Source: a virus. From it: DNA of 55,630 bases. A program made the position numbers and the translations under genes. Positions 25,459-33,750 of this stretch are shown piece by piece. Location of the stretch: IMG/VR virus record IMGVR_UViG_3300045988_032220, one strand, 5' to 3'. How positions within the stretch are numbered: the first letter of the stretch is position 1; every line of letters starts with the position of its first letter. Under the pieces are notes generated by a model. The model did no database searches. It was not told where the DNA came from and worked only from the letters and a program-made list of their open reading frames with translations.

Positions 25459-27007
25459 TTTCGTCCACCTCCCGTTTCAGTGCGGCTTCGGCTTTCCGCT
25501 GCCGCATATTTGCCTCATAGCTTCCGCCCGTCATCTGAGCGGTTTCCTGTGCCGCCGTGGAGAATCCGCTGTTCACCCGCATCTGGGCTGCTTCGGCTTC
25601 ATCCTTGGGGTTCAGGTTTGTTCTTGCCGGGCCATTCCAGTTGCAGTTCATGTAGGCCGCTGCAACCGCCGGGTTTGTCAGGAAGCCCGGCGCTTTGATC
25701 CGTCCCTTGCACACGGCTTCCCGGAACCATGCCTCATAGACCGGCTGGCAGAAAGAATCCGCGAACCAGTCTCGGTGCATTCCCGTGGTTCTCCAAAATT
25801 CATTCAAAGCGCCGCGGGCTGCAGAATAGCTGGTGCTGAACTGCTTGTACAGCACCTCAGACGGAATTTCCAACGCCGCCGCCATCTGCTTTACAATGGC
25901 GTTCATGAACGCTTCAAACCCGGTCGTTGGGTGCTTCGGGTCTGCGAACTGCACTTCCTCTCCGGGGTTCAGGTCGATAAACGCGCCCGGTGCCAGCTCC
26001 ACACTGGTCTTATCAGGCGTATCTACCTGCACATCCGGGGGAAGCATTTCGCCAAACGGCACCTCGTCAGATTGATCCGACTTCTTGATAAACACTGTGA
26101 ACATCGCGGAGATCACCGCGGCTGTCAGCTCTGCGTCCGTAAAACGCCCAAGCTGTTTCAGGCTTTCCAGCACCGGTGCCAGCAGTGGTACGCCGCGCAG
26201 CTGACCGGCACGTTCGCGCTGCATCAGACAGAGAACATTCTGCCGCCCGGTCTTTTTGCCGTAGGCTTCCACTCTTGTCCAGTGCGAGGCCGTCAATCCC
26301 GTCACGCTGGTAGACGCCAGCGGGTGCCGGTCGCAAACCCAGTACGCAATGACCATGCCGTCTGCATCGGTTTCAACACCTTGCACGATCTTTTCAACAT
26401 GATGCTCGTTAATGTCCGTCGGCGAAAGGATGTCCATAAACGCAGGAGAACAAATGCGGTCGGCTTCGATGATCCGCACACGCAGGTCATACGGTACACC
26501 GGGCGTCTTTTTGTTCTGCAGGACTGCCCATGAATCACCATTCAGCAGAAATCCCGTAAATGCCAACTGCTGCAACATATAGAAATTGTCGATGCGGTCT
26601 GCATCACAGGTCGGCTTATTGGCCCACAGAGCAAATTCTCTTGCGATTTGTTCATTGATTTTCTGGGCTTCCTCGTCGGAAATACCCAAAAATGCGTTGT
26701 CGATCTGCGGTGTCGGTGTCAGACCGCCGCACACTACATTGGTGCGCATGGTCTTGATGGCACCGGTTGCCAGCGGGACGCCCATATAAGCGTCCCTGCT
26801 CCGCTCTCTCAGGACGCGAAGATTATCTTCGATGTCCTCTTTCGGGCTTCCACCGTGCCACATCCAGCCCCGCATAGATTTCTTGTGCAGACTTGCGCCA
26901 TAGTTGGAATATCCCGAATTGATTGCCCGTATTGCCGTCTGTGCGGCAACACGTTTTACTGCCCGCTCCGGGGCAATCGCCGTGAGCAGGGTATCGAAGA
27001 ATCCCAT
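25385..27007 (-). CDS. Portal protein, lambda family
   Basis: 540 aa between the gpW-like and protease genes. Confidence 0.9.
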   Translation of the reverse strand: MGFFDTLLTAIAPERAVKRVAAQTAIRAINSGYSNYGASLHKKSMRGWMWHGGSPKEDIEDNLRVLRERSRDAYMGVPLATGAIKTMRTNVVCGGLTPTPQIDNAFLGISDEEAQKINEQIAREFALWANKPTCDADRIDNFYMLQQLAFTGFLLNGDSWAVLQNKKTPGVPYDLRVRIIEADRICSPAFMDILSPTDINEHHVEKIVQGVETDADGMVIAYWVCDRHPLASTSVTGLTASHWTRVEAYGKKTGRQNVLCLMQRERAGQLRGVPLLAPVLESLKQLGRFTDAELTAAVISAMFTVFIKKSDQSDEVPFGEMLPPDVQVDTPDKTSVELAPGAFIDLNPGEEVQFADPKHPTTGFEAFMNAIVKQMAAALEIPSEVLYKQFSTSYSAARGALNEFWRTTGMHRDWFADSFCQPVYEAWFREAVCKGRIKAPGFLTNPAVAAAYMNCNWNGPARTNLNPKDEAEAAQMRVNSGFSTAAQETAQMTGGSYEANMRQRKAEAALKREVDEIAGAQVQQQTAVPQRSGGDPGKSE

Positions 27008-27019
27008 CTTCTACTCTCC

Positions 27020-27250
27020 TTACAGGTCACGCGGCACAAAATGCCCCATCCGGTTCCGTCCCTTTCTCTGCTGAGAAAGTTCCGTCACCTTGTTCGACCA
27101 ATAATCAATCCGCTTTCCAATCTGCGTCAGGTCTGCGTAGGTCAATGACCTGTTGCCGATCTGGTAGCTTTGCCCGTGTGTCACCTTTTCCTCGGCGGCA
27201 ATCCAAAGGTCAAGCTGTTTCTGTGCCGTTTCCAGCGTAATTCCTGCCAT
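27020..27250 (-). CDS. Head-tail joining protein gpW-like
   Basis: 76 aa immediately after TerL, with SYQIGNRSLTYADLTQI resembling the gpW core. Confidence 0.7.
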   Translation of the reverse strand: MAGITLETAQKQLDLWIAAEEKVTHGQSYQIGNRSLTYADLTQIGKRIDYWSNKVTELSQQRKGRNRMGHFVPRDL

Positions 27251-29110
27251 TTAGATACCTCCCGAAAGCTGACGACGGCCCCGTGATTTCTTGACCGGCT
27301 GGGCAGGCGTTCCGTCTGCATCCGGTTTTTTCAGCACAGGGCGAGAAATAGCAAGAGCCGCGGTTGCGTAATTGCGCAAATCCAGCGGCTCGTTTCGTTT
27401 ATGCTCTTTATCTTTGATTTCCCAGTATTCTTTCAAATGACCCTTGACGAACCGCACCACTTTCTTCTCAGCCGTTAGGCCCTTGAAGTATTCTTCGGTG
27501 TAGCCTGCTTCCTCATTTGACGGGAAGTGGCAGTAGTTCGGGCCGGGCGTCTTGACTTCCAAACGCTGATAGATGGTCGTTTTGCCAGCATCAACGCCCA
27601 GAATGAACAAGTCTGCCCGAACACGATTGTTCTTGGACGGGTTGCGGATAAACGGCACTCCTGCGCCGCCCATGCCCTTAATGGCAAAGATACGCCGGTT
27701 GAGCCGTTCCTTTGCAAACCGGTAAACTTCATCGGTGTGGTGTCCACCGGAATCAATGCAGGTCGCCAATAGCGGGTATGCCGTGCCGTCCGCCTTGTGC
27801 CATGTCCGAAGTAGGAAGTTGTCCAGATCGTCCCATACCTGATCCGAAAGCATATCGCCGAAGATTTTCTGGTAGCGAATGCCCCAGCTCTCTGTGCCCT
27901 CGCCCCAGCCGACCACTTCAACTTCAAAGCGATCATCCTGCACGTCAACACCAGCAGTGAGGTACAGAACATCGTCCGGCACTTCTGCGGCGTAGATTTC
28001 GCGGCGGTTGAACAGCTCGATGTCCTCCAACTGAATGCCGCGTTCCTCCCACGTCTCGCCCAGCTCTGTGTTCACCCAGACCTTCATTTGTTCCGGGTTG
28101 CCATGATCGAGGGCAATTTTCGCTTCGATGAACTTCGTCACGATCTCTTTCCAGCCAACAAAGGTTGAAGCCAGCGTGTTCAGGTGGAAGCCTCTGGATT
28201 CTGCACCGGGATTGGCGGCAACATACTTACCGTATTTTCCCTGCTCTTTCCAGCGGTATTCATTTGATACACAGCCGCATTCCCTGCAGACATATCCAAT
28301 TCCCTTGTCGAGGTCGTCTTTGTCGAACTTGACATTCTCCCAGAGGAACGGCTGGTATGCCCCACATTCCGGGCAAGGCACGTTCCATTCTTCTTGTGTA
28401 GAAAGTAGGTAGGCGTCCTCAATGCGGCTGTCTCCCTTGATGGTGGGCGTGCTGACCATTACGGTCTTGTAATCCCAAAAGGTCGTCTGGCGTTTCTTTG
28501 CCAGATCAAGCGGGTCGCCCTCCGTTCCGGCGCTCTTTGGGTAGCGGTCGATCTCGTCCGCCAGCAGCACTTTGATGGGGCGGCTGGCAAGGCTCGACGG
28601 GCTGTTTGCTCCAACGATGGTGATGTGCCCGCCGGGGAAGTTTTTCTTCATGACGGTATTTCCAGCGTACCGGCTTTTGGTGTCCACCAGACCGGTAAGC
28701 CGTGGCGTGTCCCGGATCATGGGGGCGATACGGTCTTTTGAGAGTGTCTGTCCCATGTCAAGGGTAGGCTGCATACACATCACCGGGCAGGGTGCATAGT
28801 CCATGTAGTAGCCCAGCGGATTTAGGATGAAAGCATCTGTCTTTCCGATCTGCGCCGCCGACATGACGACGACAGAACGGACGTGAGGATCACCGATGGC
28901 ATCCATGATAGCCCGCTGATACGGGGCTTTCTCGGTGTGCCACCGCCCCGGTTCTGCGCTGGATTCTGCGGACAACACCCGGTATCTGTCCGCCCACTGG
29001 CTGACTGTCAGGGGCGGCGGCGGGCGTAGTTTGCTTAGAACCTCGGCGAACAGTTCCACGGTCTGCGGTTCAAGTTTCACGATCCGTTTTTTCTTCACGT
29101 TTCGGTTCAC
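27251..29110 (-). CDS. terL: Terminase large subunit, GpA family
   Basis: 619 aa with MSAAQIGKTD (Walker A-like) and zinc ribbon CPECG...CRECGC. The start is either GTG at 29110 or GTG at 29098. Confidence 0.92.
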   Translation of the reverse strand: MNRNVKKKRIVKLEPQTVELFAEVLSKLRPPPPLTVSQWADRYRVLSAESSAEPGRWHTEKAPYQRAIMDAIGDPHVRSVVVMSAAQIGKTDAFILNPLGYYMDYAPCPVMCMQPTLDMGQTLSKDRIAPMIRDTPRLTGLVDTKSRYAGNTVMKKNFPGGHITIVGANSPSSLASRPIKVLLADEIDRYPKSAGTEGDPLDLAKKRQTTFWDYKTVMVSTPTIKGDSRIEDAYLLSTQEEWNVPCPECGAYQPFLWENVKFDKDDLDKGIGYVCRECGCVSNEYRWKEQGKYGKYVAANPGAESRGFHLNTLASTFVGWKEIVTKFIEAKIALDHGNPEQMKVWVNTELGETWEERGIQLEDIELFNRREIYAAEVPDDVLYLTAGVDVQDDRFEVEVVGWGEGTESWGIRYQKIFGDMLSDQVWDDLDNFLLRTWHKADGTAYPLLATCIDSGGHHTDEVYRFAKERLNRRIFAIKGMGGAGVPFIRNPSKNNRVRADLFILGVDAGKTTIYQRLEVKTPGPNYCHFPSNEEAGYTEEYFKGLTAEKKVVRFVKGHLKEYWEIKDKEHKRNEPLDLRNYATAALAISRPVLKKPDADGTPAQPVKKSRGRRQLSGGI

Positions 29111-29196
29111 CTCTTACGCAGGCTGGGAACATACACAGGATCAGCCTTTGGTGGATGCGTTTGCCCCACGGGCAGTGCTTGCAAGCGCCGCCGGGC

Positions 29197-29700
29197 TTAT
29201 CCGGTTTCTTCTCCGTCTTGTTCATCTTCTTCATCATCCTTTGGCGGCTGCAACGCCACCTGATAATTAGAAAATTCCTCCATAATCTCATAGAGGGAGC
29301 TTTGTAGTAAGTCCATGATCTTGCCCTCGTCACCGTCCAACTTGGCAATGTTTGCGGCCAGCTTGTTGGGCAGAGCAAGGAGCCTTGAGCGCAGGTTCAT
29401 AACAACAGTGGTCATGCCAACCGTAATGTCAGATTTCCGGTACAATTCTCCATTGCGAACCTTGTTTTCAGTTTCAGCGGCGATTCGCTTTTCCTTGGTC
29501 AGCTTCGCCCGTTCCTCGTTGAGGTCAGCTTTGCCGCCCTCGTCGCCCCGCAGGTAGTTGATGTACCGCCGGACACTGGAACGCAGGTCATACAGGCCGG
29601 GGGCCTTTTCTTCCAGCACGCCCTCGTCTCGGAGTTGCCGCACCCGGCGTTCGGACAGGTCGAGATACTGTGCAACGATCTTAGTCGTGTACAGTTTCAT
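29197..29700 (-). CDS. Nu1-like small terminase / DNA-packaging HTH protein
   Basis: N-terminal HTH YTTKIVAQYLDLSERRVRQLRDEGVL. Lies directly upstream of GpA-type TerL. Confidence 0.6.
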   Translation of the reverse strand: MKLYTTKIVAQYLDLSERRVRQLRDEGVLEEKAPGLYDLRSSVRRYINYLRGDEGGKADLNEERAKLTKEKRIAAETENKVRNGELYRKSDITVGMTTVVMNLRSRLLALPNKLAANIAKLDGDEGKIMDLLQSSLYEIMEEFSNYQVALQPPKDDEEDEQDGEETG

Positions 29701-30442
29701 CCTCTGTCCCTCCCTCCGGGTCTACATCCACCTCACCGGTCGCCCGCATCTTTGCAATGTCAAGGCGTTCCAGTTCCAGAGCATACCGTTTTTCAAATTC
29801 CTCCTGCTGACGGATTTGTGTGGTCAGGGAAATAATTCTGCCGGAAACCTTGTTCAGGGCCTCCCGCAGCTGGGTCACTCGAACAAAGGCACTATCCTTG
29901 TTATCCATGACCATCTTCTGCACGGCTCCGTCCGCCTGCTTCCCGTCTTTGTCCTTTCCCGGTTTTCGCATATCGGTGATGGATGCAGTGAACAGCTTTT
30001 CCGGGTCGCAGCTTTCATACTCTGCGATCCGCTCCATGATGTGCCGCTGCTGAATCCGAAGCAGCTTCAACTCATAAATGTTGTTCTCGTTTGCACCGGT
30101 CGGCATTTGATCCAGCCAGTCCCGTTCCTCTTGGCTCAAACGTTCAAGGTGAACCGTGCTATATGCACCGTCCTTCTCTGCGTTGGTGTTTCCGTTCGGC
30201 GCACCGCCACCGGGATTGCCCTTGGCATTCTTCTTGCCCCGGCTGTTTTTGTTTCCGGGCTGTCCCCCGCGCTTGCGCTCCACCGCATCGTCCCATTGGT
30301 CAATGCGTTTCCAGTTTCGGACGGTGCCGTATGTCACGCCCAGCTTTTCGGCAAGGTCTTTGAGATTCACTTTCTCGCCCGACCGCCGCCGCTTGATGTA
30401 CTCAGCCTTGGCGGTGTCGCGCTTGTCGTTCCGCTTCGGCAT
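29681..30442 (-). CDS. Terminase small subunit-like HTH protein (XtmA-like)
   Basis: RDTAKAEYIKRRRSGEKVNLKDLAEKLGVTYGTVRNWKRIDQWD is typical of Firmicutes phage TerS N-termini. Confidence 0.65.
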   Translation of the reverse strand: MPKRNDKRDTAKAEYIKRRRSGEKVNLKDLAEKLGVTYGTVRNWKRIDQWDDAVERKRGGQPGNKNSRGKKNAKGNPGGGAPNGNTNAEKDGAYSTVHLERLSQEERDWLDQMPTGANENNIYELKLLRIQQRHIMERIAEYESCDPEKLFTASITDMRKPGKDKDGKQADGAVQKMVMDNKDSAFVRVTQLREALNKVSGRIISLTTQIRQQEEFEKRYALELERLDIAKMRATGEVDVDPEGGTEDETVHD

Positions 30443-30478
30443 CCGGCATCACTCCTGCACCCCGTTTCCAAAATACAC

Positions 30479-30515
30479 GCAAAAGAAAAAGCCCCACGAC
30501 GGAATGTCATGGAGC
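30479..30515 (-). terminator. Intrinsic terminator in the late-operon leader
   Basis: Minus strand reads GCTCCATGAC-ATTCC-GTCGTGGGGC (10-bp stem with 2 G-U pairs) followed by TTTTTCTTTTG. Lies about 35 nt upstream of the first terminase-like gene. Confidence 0.6.
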
Positions 30516-30536
30516 TTCGCACCTATCACTGTACCG

Positions 30537-30545
30537 ATTATAGCA
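30537..30545 (-). promoter_or_regulatory. Candidate late promoter, extended -10 (TGcTATAAT)
   Basis: Minus strand reads cctGCTATAATcgg. The -35 is weak. Confidence 0.4.
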
Positions 30546-30699
30546 GGAAAAAGGCATCACGATACATCATTTTGAAAATTTTCTTCAAAAAATCCCCCTA
30601 AATTTTTTCAGACCCCCTTCCGGGGAAGGGCAAAAATCCGTTTATACCTAGAAAATTTTCGGGCTTTCGGACCCGTAAAGGATTGAAACGCCGCTCCCA

Positions 30700-31100
30700 G
30701 TACCTACGGGCGCGGGGGCGGGCGGGCCGTGGTCATCGGCCCGGCGCCGGGCGGCGGGCGCGGGGTCATTGCAAGAGGCGGCGCGGCGGGCCGGGCGGCG
30801 CCAGCGCGGCGGCGATCCGGCAGGTGGGCGGGGTCATCGGGCCAGCGATCCGCCCCAAAGCAGGCCGGGCGCGGCGTCATCGGGCAGGCGCGGCAAGGCG
30901 GCGGGCGGCGCTGGCTGCTGCAGGGCTGGCAGTGTGCAGGCGGTGCAGTAGGGCGCGGCGGGCTGCTGTATGCTGGCATAGGGCAGGCGGGCAGCGCTGG
31001 CATGGTATGCAGCAGGCCGGGCGGCGGGGTGCTGCCCGGTGCAGGTAGTTTGCGGCGGGCGCTGGCTGCTGCAGGCGGTGCAGTGTGAGCGGCCCGGCAG
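30700..31100. repeat. Extremely GC-rich, G-skewed non-coding repeat block
   Basis: Hand counts give 49/60 and 52/60 G+C in lines 30721-30780 and 30781-30840. Internal repeats are GGTCAT(C/T)G x4, GGCGCTGGCTGCTGCAGG x2 and GCAGGCGGTGCAGT x2. There is a G4 motif at 30708-30726. No credible ORF. Confidence 0.8.
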
Positions 31101-31107
31101 AGCGGGC

Positions 31108-31159
31108 AAAAAAGAAAAAAGCCGGGGCGGCGGCGCGTTGTGCGTCGGTCGTCCCGGCC
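31108..31159 (-). terminator. Intrinsic terminator downstream of the RHH gene (weaker in the + direction)
   Basis: Long imperfect GC hairpin (GCCGGG...CCCGGC, 31121-31158) followed on the minus strand by TTTTTTCTTTTTTG. Confidence 0.6.
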
Positions 31160-31316
31160 TTTTCTGCTGCTGTTGTCGCCCCGGTGCAGGGCTGTTTTTG
31201 CCGTTTGCCGGAGGGGTCAGATTCTTCACTTAACGGCATATCGCTGCAGTGGTAATGGTTAACTAGGCTATATGCCGCCCTAGTAACCCCCTATAGTCCC
31301 CCTTCTTCCCCGCTTT

Positions 31317-31562
31317 TCACGGTTTCACGGAATCGCCGCCCACGGAATCGGCCCCCGGCAAGTCGTCCAGCGTCAACGGCTGGCCCTCTTTTGCCATACG
31401 TTCCCGCACGGCTTGTAAAATATATCCTTGCAGGCTTTGCCCGGCAGCTGCGGCGGCGGCTTTTATTGCATTTGCTTCCGGTGTTAGCGGTTTCAAATTG
31501 ATTTGCGTGCATTTTGCGTTGTATTTGTCGTTGTTCAGTCTTTTTCTTGCTGATACAGCCAT
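31317..31562 (-). CDS. Ribbon-helix-helix (Arc/CopG-like) transcriptional regulator (81 aa)
   Basis: The pattern TQINLKPLTPEANAIKAAAAAAGQSLQGYILQAVRERMAKEG fits beta-alpha-alpha. Divergent from an operator-rich promoter region. Confidence 0.65.
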   Translation of the reverse strand: MAVSARKRLNNDKYNAKCTQINLKPLTPEANAIKAAAAAAGQSLQGYILQAVRERMAKEGQPLTLDDLPGADSVGGDSVKP

Positions 31563-31612
31563 AATATTACCCCTGTTTATTTTTATATATAAAATATAGC
31601 ATTTTCGCCGAA

Positions 31613-31745
31613 CCCTGTACAGTGTCAATTTGCACAAAGACACGGTACAGGGTTTTGTGCAAAACGTAGAAAGCACGGTACAGGGCTTGACAGTTCACCC
31701 TGTACCGTGCTACAGTAGTGCCACAGCAGGCGACACGGTACAGGG
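31613..31745. promoter_or_regulatory. Operator array: five copies of 12-bp site CACGGTACAGGG
   Basis: Direct copies at 31641-31652, 31674-31685 and 31734-31745. Inverted copies at 31698-31709 (perfect) and 31613-31624 (1 mismatch). Copies 31674 and 31698 form a perfect inverted repeat bracketing a -35 box. Confidence 0.65.
31687..31716 (+). promoter_or_regulatory. Candidate sigma-A promoter of the plus-strand cargo operon
   Basis: TTGACA (31687-31692), 18-nt spacer, TACAGT (31711-31716). The spacer contains an operator copy. Confidence 0.5.
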
Positions 31746-31780
31746 TTGCAAGCTGAATAAGCCGAAAGGAGAAAAGCCGC

Positions 31781-31888
31781 ATGAATAAGCACTTTTTCGA
31801 GCTGCCGAAAGCCGTCAAGCGTGCCGTTTGGGCCGCGCTCATGGCTGAATGGGCAAAGAAAAAAGCCGCCAACCGCACCACCGGTTGA
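31781..31888 (+). CDS. Small ORF (35 aa), first ORF after the promoter
   Basis: RBS AAAGGAGAAAAGCCGC-ATG. Hand-translated MNKHFFELPKAVKRAVWAALMAEWAKKKAANRTTG. Confidence 0.3.
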   Translation: MNKHFFELPKAVKRAVWAALMAEWAKKKAANRTTG

Positions 31889-32048
31889 CAGCTCGCAAGA
31901 TGGGATTTGAACAGCTCATCTTGCAATGATTTTACCAGTTTCCGCCGGTAAAGTCAAGCGGACACTTTGCAAGGGCTGCACCGCTCAACAAAGCAACCCA
32001 TGCCCACCACCCCGCCGGGGTGAATCAAAAACAAAGGAGATCGAGAAC

Positions 32049-32453
32049 ATGACCGCATTCGACAAGAAAGTAAACCAGATCGCCGCCCGCCACGGCTGGA
32101 ACATTTCCCCCGTGTCCGGCTGGTACATCCCCGCCTATTCCATCGTTCCGATGGATCGCAAAGAGCGCGACCAAATCACCGCCGCGCTGAACCGGTGCAA
32201 ATCGTTTCACGTTGACGTTCTGCAGGCTTTCAGCGCTTGCGCATGGACTTGCACAATCTTGATCCGCGACCGGGCCGAATGGGAAGCACTGCAGGAGCAC
32301 CAGCACACCGCCGATCTGATCCGCAACGCCTTTATTGAAGCGTACCACTTCAACGGCCACGACAGCCGCGGCGCGGTGAATGCCGCACGCCAGAAAGCCG
32401 CCGATCTCGACGCGCTGGACATCTTCAACGAGATTTACAGCATTCCGGCATGA
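32049..32453 (+). CDS. Hypothetical protein (134 aa)
   Basis: ATG at 32049 preceded by AAAGGAG. Same frame as ORF 31926..32453. Confidence 0.6.
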   Translation: MTAFDKKVNQIAARHGWNISPVSGWYIPAYSIVPMDRKERDQITAALNRCKSFHVDVLQAFSACAWTCTILIRDRAEWEALQEHQHTADLIRNAFIEAYHFNGHDSRGAVNAARQKAADLDALDIFNEIYSIPA

Positions 32454-32461
32454 ACGCCGCC

Positions 32462-32526
32462 CCGGATACCTTGACGGGCCGCACCACGAAAAGCGACCCG
32501 ATCCCACCACCCCGGAAGCATCCGGG
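32462..32526 (+). repeat. Intergenic repeat, type A copy 1 (core plus second hairpin)
   Basis: CCGGATACCTTGACGGGCCGCACCACGAAAAGCGACCCGATCCCA followed by CCCGGAAGCATCCGGG. Confidence 0.85.
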
Positions 32527-32571
32527 AGAAAGCCGAACACACACCACGAAAGCAAAAAGGAGATATGAACC

Positions 32572-32910
32572 ATGAAACGAATCATCACCGCCGCCGCTCT
32601 GGCCGCTGCCCTTTTGGCAGCCGCGCCCCGCGCCGCTGCTGTCTGCCCCTACACCGTCGGCCCGCTGGGCCGGTACATCGCCCCGGCCATTGTGCAGGGC
32701 ATGACCGCCACCGACGACGGGAACGCCGTTGAAGTCTGGTGCACCGACGCGCTGGACGGTGACGACTGGTTTTTTACCGTGGACAACAAAACCGAATTGA
32801 AGATTTACAGCCGTGTAAATCTGGTGATCGACGCCAACGGCACCCCGGACGACTACAGCGACGACAAAGTTATTGACGCCCTGTTTTGCAACGACTGCAC
32901 CGAAGATTGA
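32572..32910 (+). CDS. Secreted or lipoprotein-like small protein (112 aa)
   Basis: N-terminal signal-like sequence MKRIITAAALAAALLAAAPRAAAVC. Confidence 0.6.
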   Translation: MKRIITAAALAAALLAAAPRAAAVCPYTVGPLGRYIAPAIVQGMTATDDGNAVEVWCTDALDGDDWFFTVDNKTELKIYSRVNLVIDANGTPDDYSDDKVIDALFCNDCTED

Positions 32911-32924
32911 AAGGAGCGCACGAA

Positions 32925-33086
32925 ATGCATTACCAGATTGTTTACATGAAGCGGGGTTTTCCCCTCACCACATGGGCCAGCAGCGCCGAACGAGCGCACC
33001 AGCTGGCCGAACAGCTCCGCCGGGTTGGCTATTCCGTGGACGTGTGGCAGCACACCGAAAAGGGTTCACGGAAAACCGATCTTTGA
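32925..33086 (+). CDS. Hypothetical protein (53 aa)
   Basis: ATG preceded by GAAAGGAGCGCACGAA. Confidence 0.5.
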   Translation: MHYQIVYMKRGFPLTTWASSAERAHQLAEQLRRVGYSVDVWQHTEKGSRKTDL

Positions 33087-33091
33087 CCCCG

Positions 33092-33154
33092 CCGGACACC
33101 TTGACGGGCCGCACCGTAAAGCGACCCGATCCCACCACCCCGGAAACATCCGGG
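33092..33154 (+). repeat. Intergenic repeat, type A copy 2
   Basis: CCGGACACCTTGACGGGCCGCACCGTAAAGCGACCCGATCCCA followed by CCCGGAAACATCCGGG. Confidence 0.85.
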
Positions 33155-33193
33155 AGAAAGACGAACACGAGCCACGAACCGAAAGGAACGACC

Positions 33194-33448
33194 ATGAAGA
33201 AACTGAACGTTTACAGCGTGTATCTGGACGACGGGAAAGACGTTTTCCGCGTCACCGTCCCCGCCGCCAGCAAGAAAGACGCCGCCGAATACGTGCGGGG
33301 CAACGGCGACGTTGTGGCCATCAAACCCGCCGACCTGCAGGACATCGACCTTGACGCACTGGCCGACACGCTCAAGCGTGCCCAGTGGGGCCAGATGGAA
33401 ATTGACATCATCACCCGCGCCCTTGCCGCTTGCGGTCTGGATCGCTGA
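33194..33448 (+). CDS. Hypothetical protein (84 aa)
   Basis: ATG preceded by GAAAGGAACGACC. Confidence 0.6.
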   Translation: MKKLNVYSVYLDDGKDVFRVTVPAASKKDAAEYVRGNGDVVAIKPADLQDIDLDALADTLKRAQWGQMEIDIITRALAACGLDR

Positions 33449-33466
33449 ACGAAAGGAGCACGAACC

Positions 33467-33646
33467 ATGTTGACCAAATTAACCCCGATCGAGACCGCCA
33501 GCGAAATCATTTACCAGCGGCACATCATCCAGAAGTTGCGCCGGGAAATGAAATACACCCGCCGCCCCGATCTTGTACAAAACGGGATCGACCATGCCCG
33601 GCTTGCTCTGAAATGTGCATACCGCGGCTATATGTACACGATTTGA
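33467..33646 (+). CDS. Hypothetical protein (59 aa)
   Basis: Hand-translated MLTKLTPIETASEIIYQRHIIQKLRREMKYTRRPDLVQNGIDHARLALKCAYRGYMYTI with RBS GAAAGGAG. Confidence 0.45.
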   Translation: MLTKLTPIETASEIIYQRHIIQKLRREMKYTRRPDLVQNGIDHARLALKCAYRGYMYTI

Positions 33647-33652
33647 CCCCCG

Positions 33653-33714
33653 CCGGATACCTTGACGGGCCGCACCGTAAAGCGACCCGATCCCATCCAC
33701 CCGGCCCCGCCGGG
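33653..33714 (+). repeat. Intergenic repeat, type A copy 3
   Basis: CCGGATACCTTGACGGGCCGCACCGTAAAGCGACCCGATCCCA followed by CCCGGCCCCGCCGGG. Confidence 0.85.
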
Positions 33715-33750
33715 AAGAACCACAACAAAAAGCGAAAGGAAGTATTTACC

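Noticed and set aside
30683-31239. Six overlapping ORFs (60-131 aa) in the GC-rich block
   Set aside because: All frames are open simultaneously. There are no RBSs and the compositions are extremely biased (Arg/Gly/Ala or Pro/Ala). The region is treated as non-coding repeat DNA.
32470-32500. TTGACG within the type-A repeats considered as a -35 box of internal promoters
   Set aside because: No -10-like hexamer lies at 16-19 nt; the downstream sequence is GC-rich (GCGACCCGATCCC). Type-B copies lack the TTGAC entirely.
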